A stretch of DNA of 64,000 nt from an uncultured Poribacteria bacterium. Lineage in GTDB: Bacteria; Poribacteria; WGA-4E; WGA-3G. The notes under the pieces are model-generated. The model did not search any database and was not told where the DNA came from. It saw nothing but the letters and a program-made list of their open reading frames with translations. The position numbers and the translations under genes were made by a program. Positions 8,732-18,658 of the stretch are shown here, in pieces; positions within the stretch are counted from its first letter, which is position 1; every line of letters starts with the position of its first letter. Location of the stretch: assembly GCA_958296135.2 (NCBI GenBank), contig CATQHZ020000001.1, forward strand, positions 1,344,001 through 1,408,000, read 5' to 3'.

Positions 8732-9997
8732 CTAACCTTTCAACTTCGCGTAGTGAATCGTCGGTGCAAGTGCCAGGGATTCACACGTCCCCGTTTTGGA
8801 TAGGATAATCGTCAGCACCTTATTCCGATACGTCGCGTGGAAATCTTCGGGTTGGCCCGGAATAGGCAGGGTATTCGTGAATCCGTTCGGGAACGAGCTC
8901 GTGCGTCCGACAACGGGTGCGAACCTCGGGTCATCGAGTTGCGTCTGGACGGTGAGGACGCTTTCTGCTGCAGGCTCATCATCCGGGAAATAGGGTGCAC
9001 TGAGATGAATTTCATAGGTATAGTCCGGCATTCTATCGGGCAATTCGTTCTCTTTTTTGGCTACAGAATTCGGCACCCACCTAGGGAACTCAATTTCGAC
9101 TTGGTAGTAATCCGCTGCTTCAGTGATGCGGTTCACCATGCCGTAGCGTCTGTAGCGTTCGCGGACATCGTCGGCGTAGATTTTGCCATCGGTGAGCACT
9201 GCACCGGGCAGTGTCGTGCGGGGCGTGCTTGGCTCAGCGACTAACGCGGGCCGTAAAAGCGACAGCATCGGTGTTGCGAAGAGCGAGGCTATCCAACCGT
9301 AGAACGCCGCTCCGTAGCGCGGTTGTTCATCATCATCGGCGGAAATGAGTTCATCTTTAAACCGATAGAGGCCCTCGCCGATTGCCGCAACTATCCCCAA
9401 GAAAATCATCAGATTGCCTTCGCTGGTGAACAGGCTGATGCCGTTTGACTTCACACCGATGAGGAACAGCAAAAGTGGATAGAGCATCAGGTTGACGAGG
9501 CTATTAATGCCGGTTGATATGGCGGCACTGAAGATGTGCGTGTGGCCTGCCATCTCTTCAAGCCGACTTTTAAACGTTGCTGAGAAAGCCCCGAGGATAG
9601 GCTGCCCGAGCATTGCTAACAAACCGAACGGCGCGCGAAGCGAAGATGCGGGTGCCTCCGGCAGTTGCACAAATTCTTCGGGAATTCCTTGTTCTTTCTT
9701 TTTCTTAGTTGTCCCGGTTTCGCCGGCTGCGGCAGCCGCCGCTTCGGGTTTAACGAACGTCTCAAAAAAGGTAGCGTTTAAAGCGATATAGGATTCCCAT
9801 TCGCTTGGCACTTCATCTTGCATTTTAATCGCATCGACGGGGCACGCCGGTTCGCACGCCGCGCAGTCGATGCATTCATCTGGGTTGATATAGAGTTGTT
9901 TTTCGCCTTCGGTGGTGTGGATGCAATCCACCGGGCATACGTCAACGCAGGCGGTATCCATCACGTCGACGCACGGTTCACAAATTATGTAAGCCAT
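8732..9997 (-). CDS. 7Fe (FdxA-type) ferredoxin fused to membrane segments and an HSP20/alpha-crystallin-like C-terminal domain
   Basis: ATG 9997 with AAGGAGG SD. N-terminal 'CEPCVDVMDTACVDVCPVDC...CIDCAACEPACPV'; TM helices; C-terminal 'YYQVEIEFP...FTNTLPIP...FHATYRNKVLTIILSK'. Confidence 0.8.
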   Translation of the reverse strand: MAYIICEPCVDVMDTACVDVCPVDCIHTTEGEKQLYINPDECIDCAACEPACPVDAIKMQDEVPSEWESYIALNATFFETFVKPEAAAAAAGETGTTKKKKEQGIPEEFVQLPEAPASSLRAPFGLLAMLGQPILGAFSATFKSRLEEMAGHTHIFSAAISTGINSLVNLMLYPLLLFLIGVKSNGISLFTSEGNLMIFLGIVAAIGEGLYRFKDELISADDDEQPRYGAAFYGWIASLFATPMLSLLRPALVAEPSTPRTTLPGAVLTDGKIYADDVRERYRRYGMVNRITEAADYYQVEIEFPRWVPNSVAKKENELPDRMPDYTYEIHLSAPYFPDDEPAAESVLTVQTQLDDPRFAPVVGRTSSFPNGFTNTLPIPGQPEDFHATYRNKVLTIILSKTGTCESLALAPTIHYAKLKG

Positions 9998-10020
9998 CTT
10001 TTTCGCCTCCTTCTCTTTTA

Positions 10021-10049
10021 AGTATACCACAAATTGTGGCATTTTGCAA
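10021..10049 (-). promoter_or_regulatory. Sigma70-type promoter of the ferredoxin fusion gene
   Basis: TTGCAA-17bp-TATACT with TGTGG extension. Confidence 0.65.
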
Positions 10050-10116
10050 CTTTTTTTATTTCGTATCCGCGATACCGCCCTATCGAGATAGGGAGAAGGT
10101 GTCGAGACCGGGAGCA

Positions 10117-10140
10117 TCGAGACCGGGAGGTCTCTCCTAC
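10117..10140. repeat. REP-like family D (TCGAGACCGGGAGGTCTCTCCTAC, i.e. GTAGGAG...)
   Basis: Related copies at about 5590, 24481, 34356, 41458, 45053/45125, 59237, 62959. Confidence 0.7.
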
Positions 10141-10198
10141 AAGGCAGGGGAACTAGCACTAAACGCAAAACTAAATCGTCTTGAAAAATGAAAAATGT

Positions 10199-10227
10199 TT
10201 GACATTTCGCGCGATTGCTGTTAAAAT
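10199..10227 (+). promoter_or_regulatory. Sigma70-type promoter upstream of truD
   Basis: TTGACA-17bp-TAAAAT. Confidence 0.65.
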
Positions 10228-10274
10228 TTATAGGTATCTCGCAGATTGAGTGCTCGCGGCGGCCAGGCCCCGCG

Positions 10275-10517
10275 CCCCCTTACCGTAGGGCGCGGTCTTG
10301 TGCTCGCAAATCGCCCTCCCTTTACCGTAGGGCGAGGACCTGTCCCCCTTACCGTAGGGCGCGGTCTTGTGCTCGCAAATCGCCCTCCCTTTACCGTAGG
10401 GCGAGGACCTGTCCCTCGCCATGCATCGATCTGAACAGAAACCGGCTGGGGCCTCGGGGTTACCACAGGGCTTCGTCTCGATCGAAGGACCGCGAGGGAC
10501 AGGCCCTCGCGCTACGG
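10275..10517. repeat. 69-bp tandem duplication of REP-derived DNA plus a ~120-bp REP-flanked MITE/REPIN-like element
   Basis: TACCGTAGGGCGCGG at 10281 and 10350 (period 69); inverted family-A REPs at about 10396 and 10491. Confidence 0.8.
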
Positions 10518-10609
10518 TAAGGGGGCGTTTTTCGTTTCGGTCGAGCGTTCGCGGCGGTCTGGTAAAATAACCTCCTTAGCACTAAAGGAGTTCGCCGAAC
10601 GCATTGCGA

Positions 10610-11674
10610 ATGAGAGAAATGCTTAAAACAGAACCTGAAGATTTCATCGTCGAAGAACTACCGCTTTATGAACCGTCCGGAGTAGGCATTCATACCTTTT
10701 TTGCGATTCGGAAACGGGACCTGAGTACGCTTGAGGCGATTAACCGCATCGCGCGAGACTTGCGGATAAATCCGAGAAACATCGGTTACGCGGGCTTAAA
10801 GGATAAGAGAGCTGTGACAACCCAAGTCTTGTCCGTGGAAGGCATCACGCCTGAGCAGATTTTGGCGTTAGCCCTGCCTGTTATTGAGATTTTGTGGGCA
10901 AAGCCGCATCCTCACAAATTACGGGTGGGACATCTCCGCGGGAATCGGTTTGAAATCACGGCGCGCGATATAGCACCGGCGGTGCTGCAAGCCGCTCAAA
11001 GCGCGATGGCATGTCTGGCAAAAGAAGGTGTGCCGAATCGGTTTGGTCCGCAGCGGTTCGGACATCACAACGATTCGCACCTCATCGGTAAGGCACTTGT
11101 GCAAGGCGCATGGGAGACAGCCGTGCGTTACTTCATCACAGTCGAAAACGATGTTGCACGGCGGGTGCAGCGCGAGATGGAACGCAGTACTGCGGAGAAA
11201 GCGGTGGCCTCTATTCCGCATCGGCTGCGCAAACTCTTTTTATCGGCGTATCAAGCGTATCTGTTTAATCTTGTTCTGGCGCAGCGATTGCCGAGATTGG
11301 GCCACCTCATCGATGGCGATGTTGCCATAAAGCATAGCAATGGCGCGCCTTTTCTCATTGAAAATGCTGAAGTTGAACAACCGCGCGCGGATGCGTTTGA
11401 GATTAGTCCTTCGGGCCCAATCTTCGGACATAAGATGCGGCGACCGGCGGGCGTAGTGCAGGCGTTGGAAGCAGCGGTGCTTTCAACGGAAGGTGTCGCG
11501 CCGGAGGCGTTCCGGAAAGTCGCCGGAATTCGGCTGCCGGGGACGCGCCGCCCGCTACGGATGCGGATGGAGTTGCACCAGGTCGCGGCGGTTGATGTGG
11601 GGTTACGTTTGGGATTTACGTTGCCGCCGGGCGGTTACGCGACTGTGGTGTTAGAGGAGCTCAAATTAGCGTAA
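10610..11674 (+). CDS. truD: tRNA pseudouridine(13) synthase
   Basis: 'PEDFIVEE', 'YAGLKDKRAVTTQ', 'GHLRGNRF', 'PNRFGPQRFG', 'FTLPPGGYAT'. Confidence 0.93.
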   Translation: MREMLKTEPEDFIVEELPLYEPSGVGIHTFFAIRKRDLSTLEAINRIARDLRINPRNIGYAGLKDKRAVTTQVLSVEGITPEQILALALPVIEILWAKPHPHKLRVGHLRGNRFEITARDIAPAVLQAAQSAMACLAKEGVPNRFGPQRFGHHNDSHLIGKALVQGAWETAVRYFITVENDVARRVQREMERSTAEKAVASIPHRLRKLFLSAYQAYLFNLVLAQRLPRLGHLIDGDVAIKHSNGAPFLIENAEVEQPRADAFEISPSGPIFGHKMRRPAGVVQALEAAVLSTEGVAPEAFRKVAGIRLPGTRRPLRMRMELHQVAAVDVGLRLGFTLPPGGYATVVLEELKLA

Positions 11675-11734
11675 TCCCAAATTTCGCTAGCGAGTAGGCG
11701 GGCGGATTTCTATATCCGTATCTGTCCTTACATT

Positions 11735-13066
11735 TTACACGAGTAGTAGATACGGGGCTTGAATATAACTTGCCACGGTCTGCAGGAACTGCGCTGCAGG
11801 TGCGCCGTCTACGACACGGTGATCGAACGTCAGACTCAGCGTCAGCATGCTACGGACGACAATTTCATCATTGTGGACGGCCGGCTTCTTGACAATTCTG
11901 CCTATGCCGAGGATAGCGCATTCCGGCGGATTGATAATCGGCGTGAAGGCATCAACCCCGAAATTGCCGAGGTTCGTGAGGGTGAAGGTGCCTCCCTGAA
12001 GTTCACCCGGGGTCAGCTGATTATTGCGCGCTTTCTCCGCGAACGCCTTCACCTGCGCGGAGATTTCGGATAACCCGTGCGTATCGGCGTTGCGGATGAC
12101 TGGCACGACGAGTCCATCTTCCAATGCCACCGCCACCCCGATGTTGATTTCTTCTAACAAGTGGATACCGTCGTCGGTAAGCGTTGCGTTGAGCCGTGGG
12201 TGCGTGCGCAAAGCATTCGTGGCCATTTTGACGAGCAGGTCTGTGTAGGTAAGCGTGATGTCGCGCGCCGCTAATTTTTCGTTGAGGTGTCCGCGCAATT
12301 GCACCAGTTCTGTCGCGTCAACTTCGGTGTGAAGCGTAACGTTCGCGTTCGTCTGGACGCTCATCGTCATTCGTTCGGCGATGATGCCGCGGATGCCGCT
12401 CATGGGGATAACTTGAGCTGCGTCTGGCGCGGTCTGGATTTCTTCGCTCCGATGTTGCAGCACATCATCTCGGACGATGCGGCCATCAGGTCCTGAGCCT
12501 GCGATGGATGTCAGGGCAATGCCGTGTTCCTTCGCCAATCGCCGTGCGAGCGGCGATGCCTTGAGGCGCGGGGGTTCGTCCCTGTCGGAGCGAACTTCCG
12601 CTGGCTCCCGCAATTCAATATACCGCTGCACATCGCTTTCCAAAATACGGCCGCCGGGTCCGGAGGCCGTAACCTCTCCCAGGTCGATGGCAAGTTTTTC
12701 GGCGAGTTCCCGTGCTGCTGGCGATGCTTTGATGTCCTTTGCCGCGCGGGTAGGCGAGTTTTCCACGCGCTTTTCCTCTTGCGATTTGGGAACCGGTGCT
12801 CCCGGTTCTATGCGGGCAACCTCTTCACCGGGCGCGGCGATGATGGCTAGCAGTTCGTTGACAGGGACATCGCTTCCCTCTGTCGCGAGCAACTGCGCGA
12901 TAACGCCATCGGCAGGTGATTCCTGTTCATGAACTACCTTGTCTGTCTCAATTTCTAGCAAAGGTTGTCCCTGCGCGACGGTGTCGCCTTCGTTCACGAG
13001 CCATTTCCCGATTTTTCCTTTCGTCATCGTCTGATCCATTTGAAGCATTTTGAGTTCTACTGCCAT
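11735..13066 (-). CDS. Dihydrolipoamide acyltransferase (E2) of a 2-oxoacid/acetoin dehydrogenase complex
   Basis: Lipoyl 'ETDKV'; two E3-binding repeats 'ASPAARELA' and 'ASPLARRLA'; catalytic 'DHRVVDGA'. Confidence 0.92.
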   Translation of the reverse strand: MAVELKMLQMDQTMTKGKIGKWLVNEGDTVAQGQPLLEIETDKVVHEQESPADGVIAQLLATEGSDVPVNELLAIIAAPGEEVARIEPGAPVPKSQEEKRVENSPTRAAKDIKASPAARELAEKLAIDLGEVTASGPGGRILESDVQRYIELREPAEVRSDRDEPPRLKASPLARRLAKEHGIALTSIAGSGPDGRIVRDDVLQHRSEEIQTAPDAAQVIPMSGIRGIIAERMTMSVQTNANVTLHTEVDATELVQLRGHLNEKLAARDITLTYTDLLVKMATNALRTHPRLNATLTDDGIHLLEEINIGVAVALEDGLVVPVIRNADTHGLSEISAQVKAFAEKARNNQLTPGELQGGTFTLTNLGNFGVDAFTPIINPPECAILGIGRIVKKPAVHNDEIVVRSMLTLSLTFDHRVVDGAPAAQFLQTVASYIQAPYLLLV

Positions 13067-13334
13067 AAATTTCTCCGTCCATTAGCAGGTGGGCGGGTAT
13101 GGAAATCCGCCCTTACCATTTCTAGGCGTTTTCGTGGATATGGAAATCCGCTTTAAAAATCGAGATTGCCGAATCTTGCCGTGTTCGGGCTCCCGATGTC
13201 ACTAACATCGGCGGGTTGCGAACCCGAACTACGATGGTTAAGTGGGTATAAGTCCCAATCATTATTATAGGATATTCTGAGATAAAAGTCAACTGATTCG
13301 TTTCGCTTCTGTAACTACAGAAGTTCATTTGGTT

Positions 13335-13655
13335 TTATCCCTTTTCTATGAGTTGTATCAGCAGTTCAACGTTTTCATCTTTTTCGAGGATGAGTGCCAA
13401 TTTGTGGTATTGCTCGCCTTTGAAAAAGGCTTGGACAAAGGGGCTGAGGGCGAGTAGCAGTTGGCTGCCCAAAAAGTTGAGCGGCTTGCCTATCTCCAAG
13501 AAAAGGATGGCGGGTGCGGTGAGTTGCCGCCGCACAATCCAGTTTGCCAACTTTTGCAGCAAGGCCCGCTGCTCGGTTTCGGGGATGTCTTCAAGGACGC
13601 GCGGCATTTCTGAAGGTGTAGTGTGCATTGTCATATTGTTCTTTCGTGGCATCAC
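13335..13655 (-). CDS. Conserved hypothetical protein
   Basis: Protein-like 106-aa ORF co-oriented with neighbours; 'APAILFLEIGKPLNFLGSQ'. Start could be 13634. Confidence 0.7.
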   Translation of the reverse strand: MMPRKNNMTMHTTPSEMPRVLEDIPETEQRALLQKLANWIVRRQLTAPAILFLEIGKPLNFLGSQLLLALSPFVQAFFKGEQYHKLALILEKDENVELLIQLIEKG

Positions 13656-13696
13656 GCCGGTAGGCGCGCGTTGTGAGCGCGCCTACCGAGCCTGCA

Positions 13697-14737
13697 TTAG
13701 AGAGACAAATCGCTCAGGTATTCCGCGATGTGCTTAGGTTGTCCGTCAAGCGTCGTCTCCATCGCGGCGATGACGAGGACGAAGCTCTTGATATTGTCCT
13801 CAATTCGCGTATCGGAGGGTTCACCGCCGTCCAGCCAATTGAGGAATTCGTGGAATAGATGCTGATGCGCCTGATAGGGAATCGCGGGTGCCTCATAAAC
13901 TTCGGTTTCACCGCCGACGCGGTGGAGAGTCATCTGGTTGCCGCCTGCAATTTCAACGGCCCCTTCCTCAAATTCGGCGCGGTAATGCTCATGATTCCAG
14001 CAGTTAACGGTGCCGGCGGCGGAACTATTCCCCTCGTAAGATGTGTGGACACCGTTGTCCATCCGCATGACGTAGAAACCGCTGGAGTAGTGCTGAAAAC
14101 TGGACCATTCTGGGTTCCACCCGAACCCGAGGAGCGTTTCACAATCGCCGCCGGAGAGGAACCGTAGCATGTCGAGGTGATGCACAGAGCCCTCAAAGAG
14201 CAGTCCGAAATCCATGTCGTGTCGCCATGCTTTGCCCCAGGAGAGATATCGGCGGTAATCACAAGCGTAGCGTCCGACGATGTGCTGGAGCCGTCCCAAT
14301 CTGCCTTCGTCTCGGATGCGAACGAGTTCCTGCTTGTTATCGGCGTAGCGGTAATTTTGGATAATCGCGCACGGTAACCCGGTGTTCTGTGCGGTGCGCA
14401 CCATCGCTTTGGCGGCATCCAGCGTATCGGCGATGGGTTTCTCGCAAATCACTGGCATGCCGTTTTCCATCGCGGCAATCGCGGCGGGGCTGTGGAATTG
14501 CGGTGGCGTAGCAACCCCACAGAAGTCTGCTTTCACCGTGGCGCATGCCTCATTAAAATCGGTGAAGAGTTGCGATTTGCTCAATCCTAGTGCTTCGGCT
14601 TGCGCTGCCAGCACGTCTGTGTTGACATCTGCCACGCCGACAATTTGCACTTCGTCGCTGAAATTACGAGTCCAATTGTGGATCCAACCGCCGGCCATGC
14701 CGCTGCCGCCGATCATTAAACATGTTCTTTTAGCCAT
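13697..14737 (-). CDS. Gfo/Idh/MocA family oxidoreductase
   Basis: ATG 14737 with AAGGAG SD; Rossmann 'IGGSGMA'; 'VICEKPIA'; 'HHLDMLRF'. Confidence 0.88.
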   Translation of the reverse strand: MAKRTCLMIGGSGMAGGWIHNWTRNFSDEVQIVGVADVNTDVLAAQAEALGLSKSQLFTDFNEACATVKADFCGVATPPQFHSPAAIAAMENGMPVICEKPIADTLDAAKAMVRTAQNTGLPCAIIQNYRYADNKQELVRIRDEGRLGRLQHIVGRYACDYRRYLSWGKAWRHDMDFGLLFEGSVHHLDMLRFLSGGDCETLLGFGWNPEWSSFQHYSSGFYVMRMDNGVHTSYEGNSSAAGTVNCWNHEHYRAEFEEGAVEIAGGNQMTLHRVGGETEVYEAPAIPYQAHQHLFHEFLNWLDGGEPSDTRIEDNIKSFVLVIAAMETTLDGQPKHIAEYLSDLSL

Positions 14738-14801
14738 AGTTTCTCCTTTTCTGTCATTCGCAAGGCGTTCGGCGAACGTTTCGGGTGCGAATGATGTGAT
14801 T

Positions 14802-15353
14802 TTACTCTGACTCCTTGAAGTTGTCAATGCTTACGTTTTCTGTCAGATGTGCCTGTCGCAGTTGCTTCCCCCGCGAGACATAATCGTCCTTGCCGCGTCT
14901 AACGCGTTCAAGTTCTGCCTCCGTTACGTCGCGTACTATCTTCGCTGGCACTCCCATCGCGAGGGTTCCGGGCGGGATTTCCTGGCCTTCGCGGACTAGC
15001 GCGCCGGCTGCGACGACTGCCCGTTCGCCAATCACGGAGCCGGTCAGCAGAATCGCGCCCATTCCGATGAGTGCTTCGTTGCCGATGGTGCAGCTGTGGA
15101 GGATGGCGCCGTGCCCGATGGTAACGTCGTCGCCGATGAGGCACGGAATTTCTCTATCCATGTGGATGATGGCACCGTCCTGAACGTTGGTGCGGCATCC
15201 GATGCGGATGGGTTCTAAATCGCCTCGGAGGACGCAGTTAAACCAGACGCTTGATTCATCGCCAATAGTCACATCGCCGATGAGCATCGCACCCGGTGCG
15301 ACGAAGACTGTGTCATGCACGTTCGGCGTTATCCCTTCATATTCTATCAACAT
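14802..15353 (-). CDS. Gamma carbonic anhydrase family (YrdA/PaaY-like) hexapeptide-repeat protein
   Basis: 'VWFNCVLRGD', 'NVQDGAIIH', 'IGHGAILH'. Confidence 0.9.
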   Translation of the reverse strand: MLIEYEGITPNVHDTVFVAPGAMLIGDVTIGDESSVWFNCVLRGDLEPIRIGCRTNVQDGAIIHMDREIPCLIGDDVTIGHGAILHSCTIGNEALIGMGAILLTGSVIGERAVVAAGALVREGQEIPPGTLAMGVPAKIVRDVTEAELERVRRGKDDYVSRGKQLRQAHLTENVSIDNFKESE

Positions 15354-15483
15354 AATTTGAGTTGTCCTGTCAGGCGGATTTCATGAAGATTCAGTAAATA
15401 GGCGGCTCATTTTTTCATGGATACGGGCGGATATAGACATCTGCCTTACATGCCTAGGTAGTTCTCTATATGCGCTTGTTTGA

Positions 15484-17115
15484 TTAATGTGGGGCCGCCA
15501 ACAACTTTCGGAGGTTACTAACGCCGAGTCTGTAAGCGAGTCCGAGTCCGCCTAGGCAAAGCACCATTATTCCGACAAACCACGCGACACCTGCCACATG
15601 CCACGCTATCATCGGGGCGATGACGAGCACCGTGTCTGTCAAAATGACGAACATGAAGGTGAAGAATCGCAACACGGGTTTCCGTTCATCTGTCAATTCC
15701 GCCATCCACGGCAATGTTCCGACAGCGGTGTTCACCGCGATGACCGGGGTGAGAGTCAGTATGGGTATCAACAAGAGCGGTATCCACGCGTCCCCCGGAA
15801 TGTGGAGCAGCATTAAAGCGATAAGCAGCCACACTTCAGTGTAAAGTATTGCGCAGAGCAGGGCTGTCAAGAACTTGCTCTTCCAAGCCAGTTCTGGTGT
15901 GACAGGTGCGGTTTTCAGCATCCACCACGTCTTCGCTTCCTCGCGAAACCCGTTGCAACTCAATCCAAAGGACATCAGCGTGCTATAAAGCAAAATCTGC
16001 ACGCCGAGGACGACAGCATCCTTCGTATCAGCGGTGCTGCCTTGTGCCAACAAGATGCCGAGGTGCATCACCAAAAACAGCGTGAGCATGGCAATACCGA
16101 TAAAACGTCCGCGGTGTCTGATGAAGACGACGAAGTCTTTTCGCATCATGGCCCTCATTTTTCCGCGTCCAATAGGCGCGCGCGATGTGGACATCGCTCC
16201 TGCCTGTGCACTTGTTCTTTTCGATTTGCTTTGCCTGATGTTTTCCCAGCCGCGCGCGTAAATCTGTGTTGCGATGAGCGTCGCGATGCAGGCGGAACCG
16301 AAACTACCCGCGACAAGCAGCGTCCCCCATCGGAATCCCGTGCGCATCGGGGACGCTGCCACCCAGCTGAACATCAGTTGTCCCATCCATTGATACGGAT
16401 ACCATGCGGCAGTCGCCGCCTCCGCCTTTCCAGTGGATGCCCAGTCGAGCAGAAACTGCTTCACTGTCGTCGCCTCAAATTGAAAAAAGAGGGCGAACGA
16501 TACCAGAAATCCGACTGCTACGCCTATCACCGTGCCGAGTGCCTTGAGTGCCGTGATGAGCCCGCCTGTTGAAAAGAAGCGCGCGATTATCATCATGCAG
16601 ATGGTGACGTGACTCGCGATGAGAACAAGAAAGCACGCGCACGCCGGCGTAAATGCAACGTAAAAGTGCCACGGCAGCTGAAACATCAGCCCGAATGCCA
16701 CCCACGGCGGCCCCAAAAAGCACAGCATGCTCAGAAATCGGGTTGCTGTGAGGTGGGCAAACTTGAACCCGAAGATGGCTACCGGTTGTATCGGCATGGC
16801 GCGTAAGAGCGCGCTATCGGGTGCCTCATACAGAAATTTTAGCGAACTCTCCATCAAGTCTCGCGCGACGATGATGACACCGAAAATCATGAACCCGTTG
16901 ATCACGCGGAACACAGCAACAGGCGGTGCCCCAGTCAACCGTAGGTGCCCGAAAAGAGAGGTGCCTAATAGCGAGAGTGCGCCGATGAAAATGAGATACC
17001 ATACCCATTTTAAGCGGAGTCTCCGTCGGGCCTCGCGGTCGCGTTTCAGGCTGTTGAGCCATCCTTGCCAACTTGCGCGGAGCAGAATTTTTGCCGTGAG
17101 AAATGGCGATGTCAT
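15484..17115 (-). CDS. ABC exporter permease
   Basis: About 12 TM helices in two halves; follows the ABC ATPase gene. Confidence 0.75.
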   Translation of the reverse strand: MTSPFLTAKILLRASWQGWLNSLKRDREARRRLRLKWVWYLIFIGALSLLGTSLFGHLRLTGAPPVAVFRVINGFMIFGVIIVARDLMESSLKFLYEAPDSALLRAMPIQPVAIFGFKFAHLTATRFLSMLCFLGPPWVAFGLMFQLPWHFYVAFTPACACFLVLIASHVTICMMIIARFFSTGGLITALKALGTVIGVAVGFLVSFALFFQFEATTVKQFLLDWASTGKAEAATAAWYPYQWMGQLMFSWVAASPMRTGFRWGTLLVAGSFGSACIATLIATQIYARGWENIRQSKSKRTSAQAGAMSTSRAPIGRGKMRAMMRKDFVVFIRHRGRFIGIAMLTLFLVMHLGILLAQGSTADTKDAVVLGVQILLYSTLMSFGLSCNGFREEAKTWWMLKTAPVTPELAWKSKFLTALLCAILYTEVWLLIALMLLHIPGDAWIPLLLIPILTLTPVIAVNTAVGTLPWMAELTDERKPVLRFFTFMFVILTDTVLVIAPMIAWHVAGVAWFVGIMVLCLGGLGLAYRLGVSNLRKLLAAPH

Positions 17116-17225
17116 TATTTTATAAGCGTTGCAGTCCTAACGAAAATCAAACGAGCGTCCGATCTAGGGCAAATGCCCCGGTTAGATTCTGAGACTTTAT
17201 CTGGGCAGCTATCGGATTGTGTCGT

Positions 17226-17981
17226 TTAGATTTCTGTCAGCGCGAGGAAGATATCCTCAAGCGTTTCGCGTCTGACTTCCGCTTCATCGGTAGGCGCGCT
17301 TTTCAAACGCGCGCGCTCCTGCTGCAATTCGCTTAACGTTCCGATGGCGATAAGTTGTCCTTTGTTAATAATTCCCACTCTGTCACAGAGTCGTTCAGCG
17401 ATTTCAAGGATATGCGTTGTCAAAAAGACGGTACATCCCTGTTCACACCGTTCCTGCAAAATGTGTCGGACGGTGCGCGCGCTCCTCGGGTCGAGCCCAC
17501 TCGTCGGTTCGTCTAAAAAAAGGATGCGCGGGTGATGCACCAGCACCGCGGTCAGCAGGATTTTCTTCTGCATGCCGTAGGAGTAACTCTTAATCAGTTC
17601 ATCGGCGGTGTCGGCGAGTGCCAGCTGTGCCAGCAAGTCTTCCATCTCATCTTCGGATTGCTGCGGCGGGACTTCATACAGATCGGCGACGAGGCGCACG
17701 AACTGTCTACCCGTTAATGTTTCATAGATTTGCGGCGTATCGGGCATCAGTCCGAGGATCGCTTTCGCTTGTAGACTTTGCGATTGGATGTCGTAGCCGC
17801 CGAGGGTTGCTGTGCCGGATGTGGGTTTGAGCAGGCCTGTCAGCATGTTAATCGTCGTCGTTTTTCCTGCGCCGTTCGGCCCGAGGAACCCGAAGATTTC
17901 GCCAGCCTCTACCTGCAGTGTTAGGCTATCTACCGCGCACAACTTTCCGAAGTATTTTGTGAGATGCGTCGTCTGAATCAT
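17226..17981 (-). CDS. ABC transporter ATP-binding protein
   Basis: Walker A 'GPNGAGKTT', signature 'YSYGMQ', Walker B 'LFLDEPT'. Confidence 0.93.
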   Translation of the reverse strand: MIQTTHLTKYFGKLCAVDSLTLQVEAGEIFGFLGPNGAGKTTTINMLTGLLKPTSGTATLGGYDIQSQSLQAKAILGLMPDTPQIYETLTGRQFVRLVADLYEVPPQQSEDEMEDLLAQLALADTADELIKSYSYGMQKKILLTAVLVHHPRILFLDEPTSGLDPRSARTVRHILQERCEQGCTVFLTTHILEIAERLCDRVGIINKGQLIAIGTLSELQQERARLKSAPTDEAEVRRETLEDIFLALTEI

Positions 17982-18658
17982 TTTCCCAAAATATCGTTTT
18001 TGAGCTGCGCAAGTGCGTCGTCTACATTTTTCTTCGCCTGTTCCGGATTTGTAGGGTGAGGGCCTGTCCCTTTCCGTGCAGCGAGTTCACCAGAATCTTC
18101 GGCATTCTGAACGGAGTCTGCTTCCGTTTCCATCTCCTTCACCTGGTGTTCCGCTTGTTTAAAAGCGGCATCTTCCGGCGTTTTGTTGAATATGTTGTAG
18201 CACTCGACGCGCGTTGCCGCCTGTTTTTGGCGAGTTTGCAGGGATTCGGCGCGTTCCACGGCACGCTGGAATCGCTGATAAAATTCCTGCAGCGTGGCTT
18301 TGGCGTTCGCGACTATTGCCTTCTGCGTTTCGAGTTGCTCTTGGATGCGCGAGAGGCGCGCGCGACTTTTCTGCTGTTGCCGTAACGCCTCACGTGCGAG
18401 CGCGGTCTCCCCGTTTTTCAGGGCGGCATCAGCCTTTTCGCCCCATGCCTTCGCGGCATTGACTGTCTCCTGACACGCACGCTTCAGCCGTTGCTCTTCT
18501 GCGATTGCTGCTGCAACCAGGTCTTTCCCTGCCGCGAGCCGCTTTTTCATATCGTCAATGGCTTTCTCAACCCCGGATTTCGCCAGTTTGACCTCAGTCT
18601 CCAAGAGCGTATCAAGTTCCTCTCGGAATTGTGCTGCCATTTTCTTTAGACTTTTCAT
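17978..18658 (-). CDS. PspA/IM30 family coiled-coil protein
   Basis: 'W..KA..AL..G...LAREAL' signature; ATGA overlap with the ABC gene. Confidence 0.8.
   Translation of the reverse strand: MKSLKKMAAQFREELDTLLETEVKLAKSGVEKAIDDMKKRLAAGKDLVAAAIAEEQRLKRACQETVNAAKAWGEKADAALKNGETALAREALRQQQKSRARLSRIQEQLETQKAIVANAKATLQEFYQRFQRAVERAESLQTRQKQAATRVECYNIFNKTPEDAAFKQAEHQVKEMETEADSVQNAEDSGELAARKGTGPHPTNPEQAKKNVDDALAQLKNDILGK

Noticed and set aside
10027-10039. CCACAA-A-TTGTGG palindrome in the ferredoxin promoter as an operator
   Set aside because: Half of it is the TGTGG extended -10 seen in several promoters here, and there is no second site to support it.
10215-10520. ORF-track peptides with repeated 'RRARTCP' / 'GTGPRPT' motifs
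   Set aside because: They are translations of REP and tandem-repeat DNA, open in several frames on both strands and lacking an SD.
13122-13328. 68-aa minus-strand ORF between the E2 gene and a hypothetical gene
   Set aside because: No recognisable motif or SD, and it overlaps palindromic repeats; treated as intergenic.
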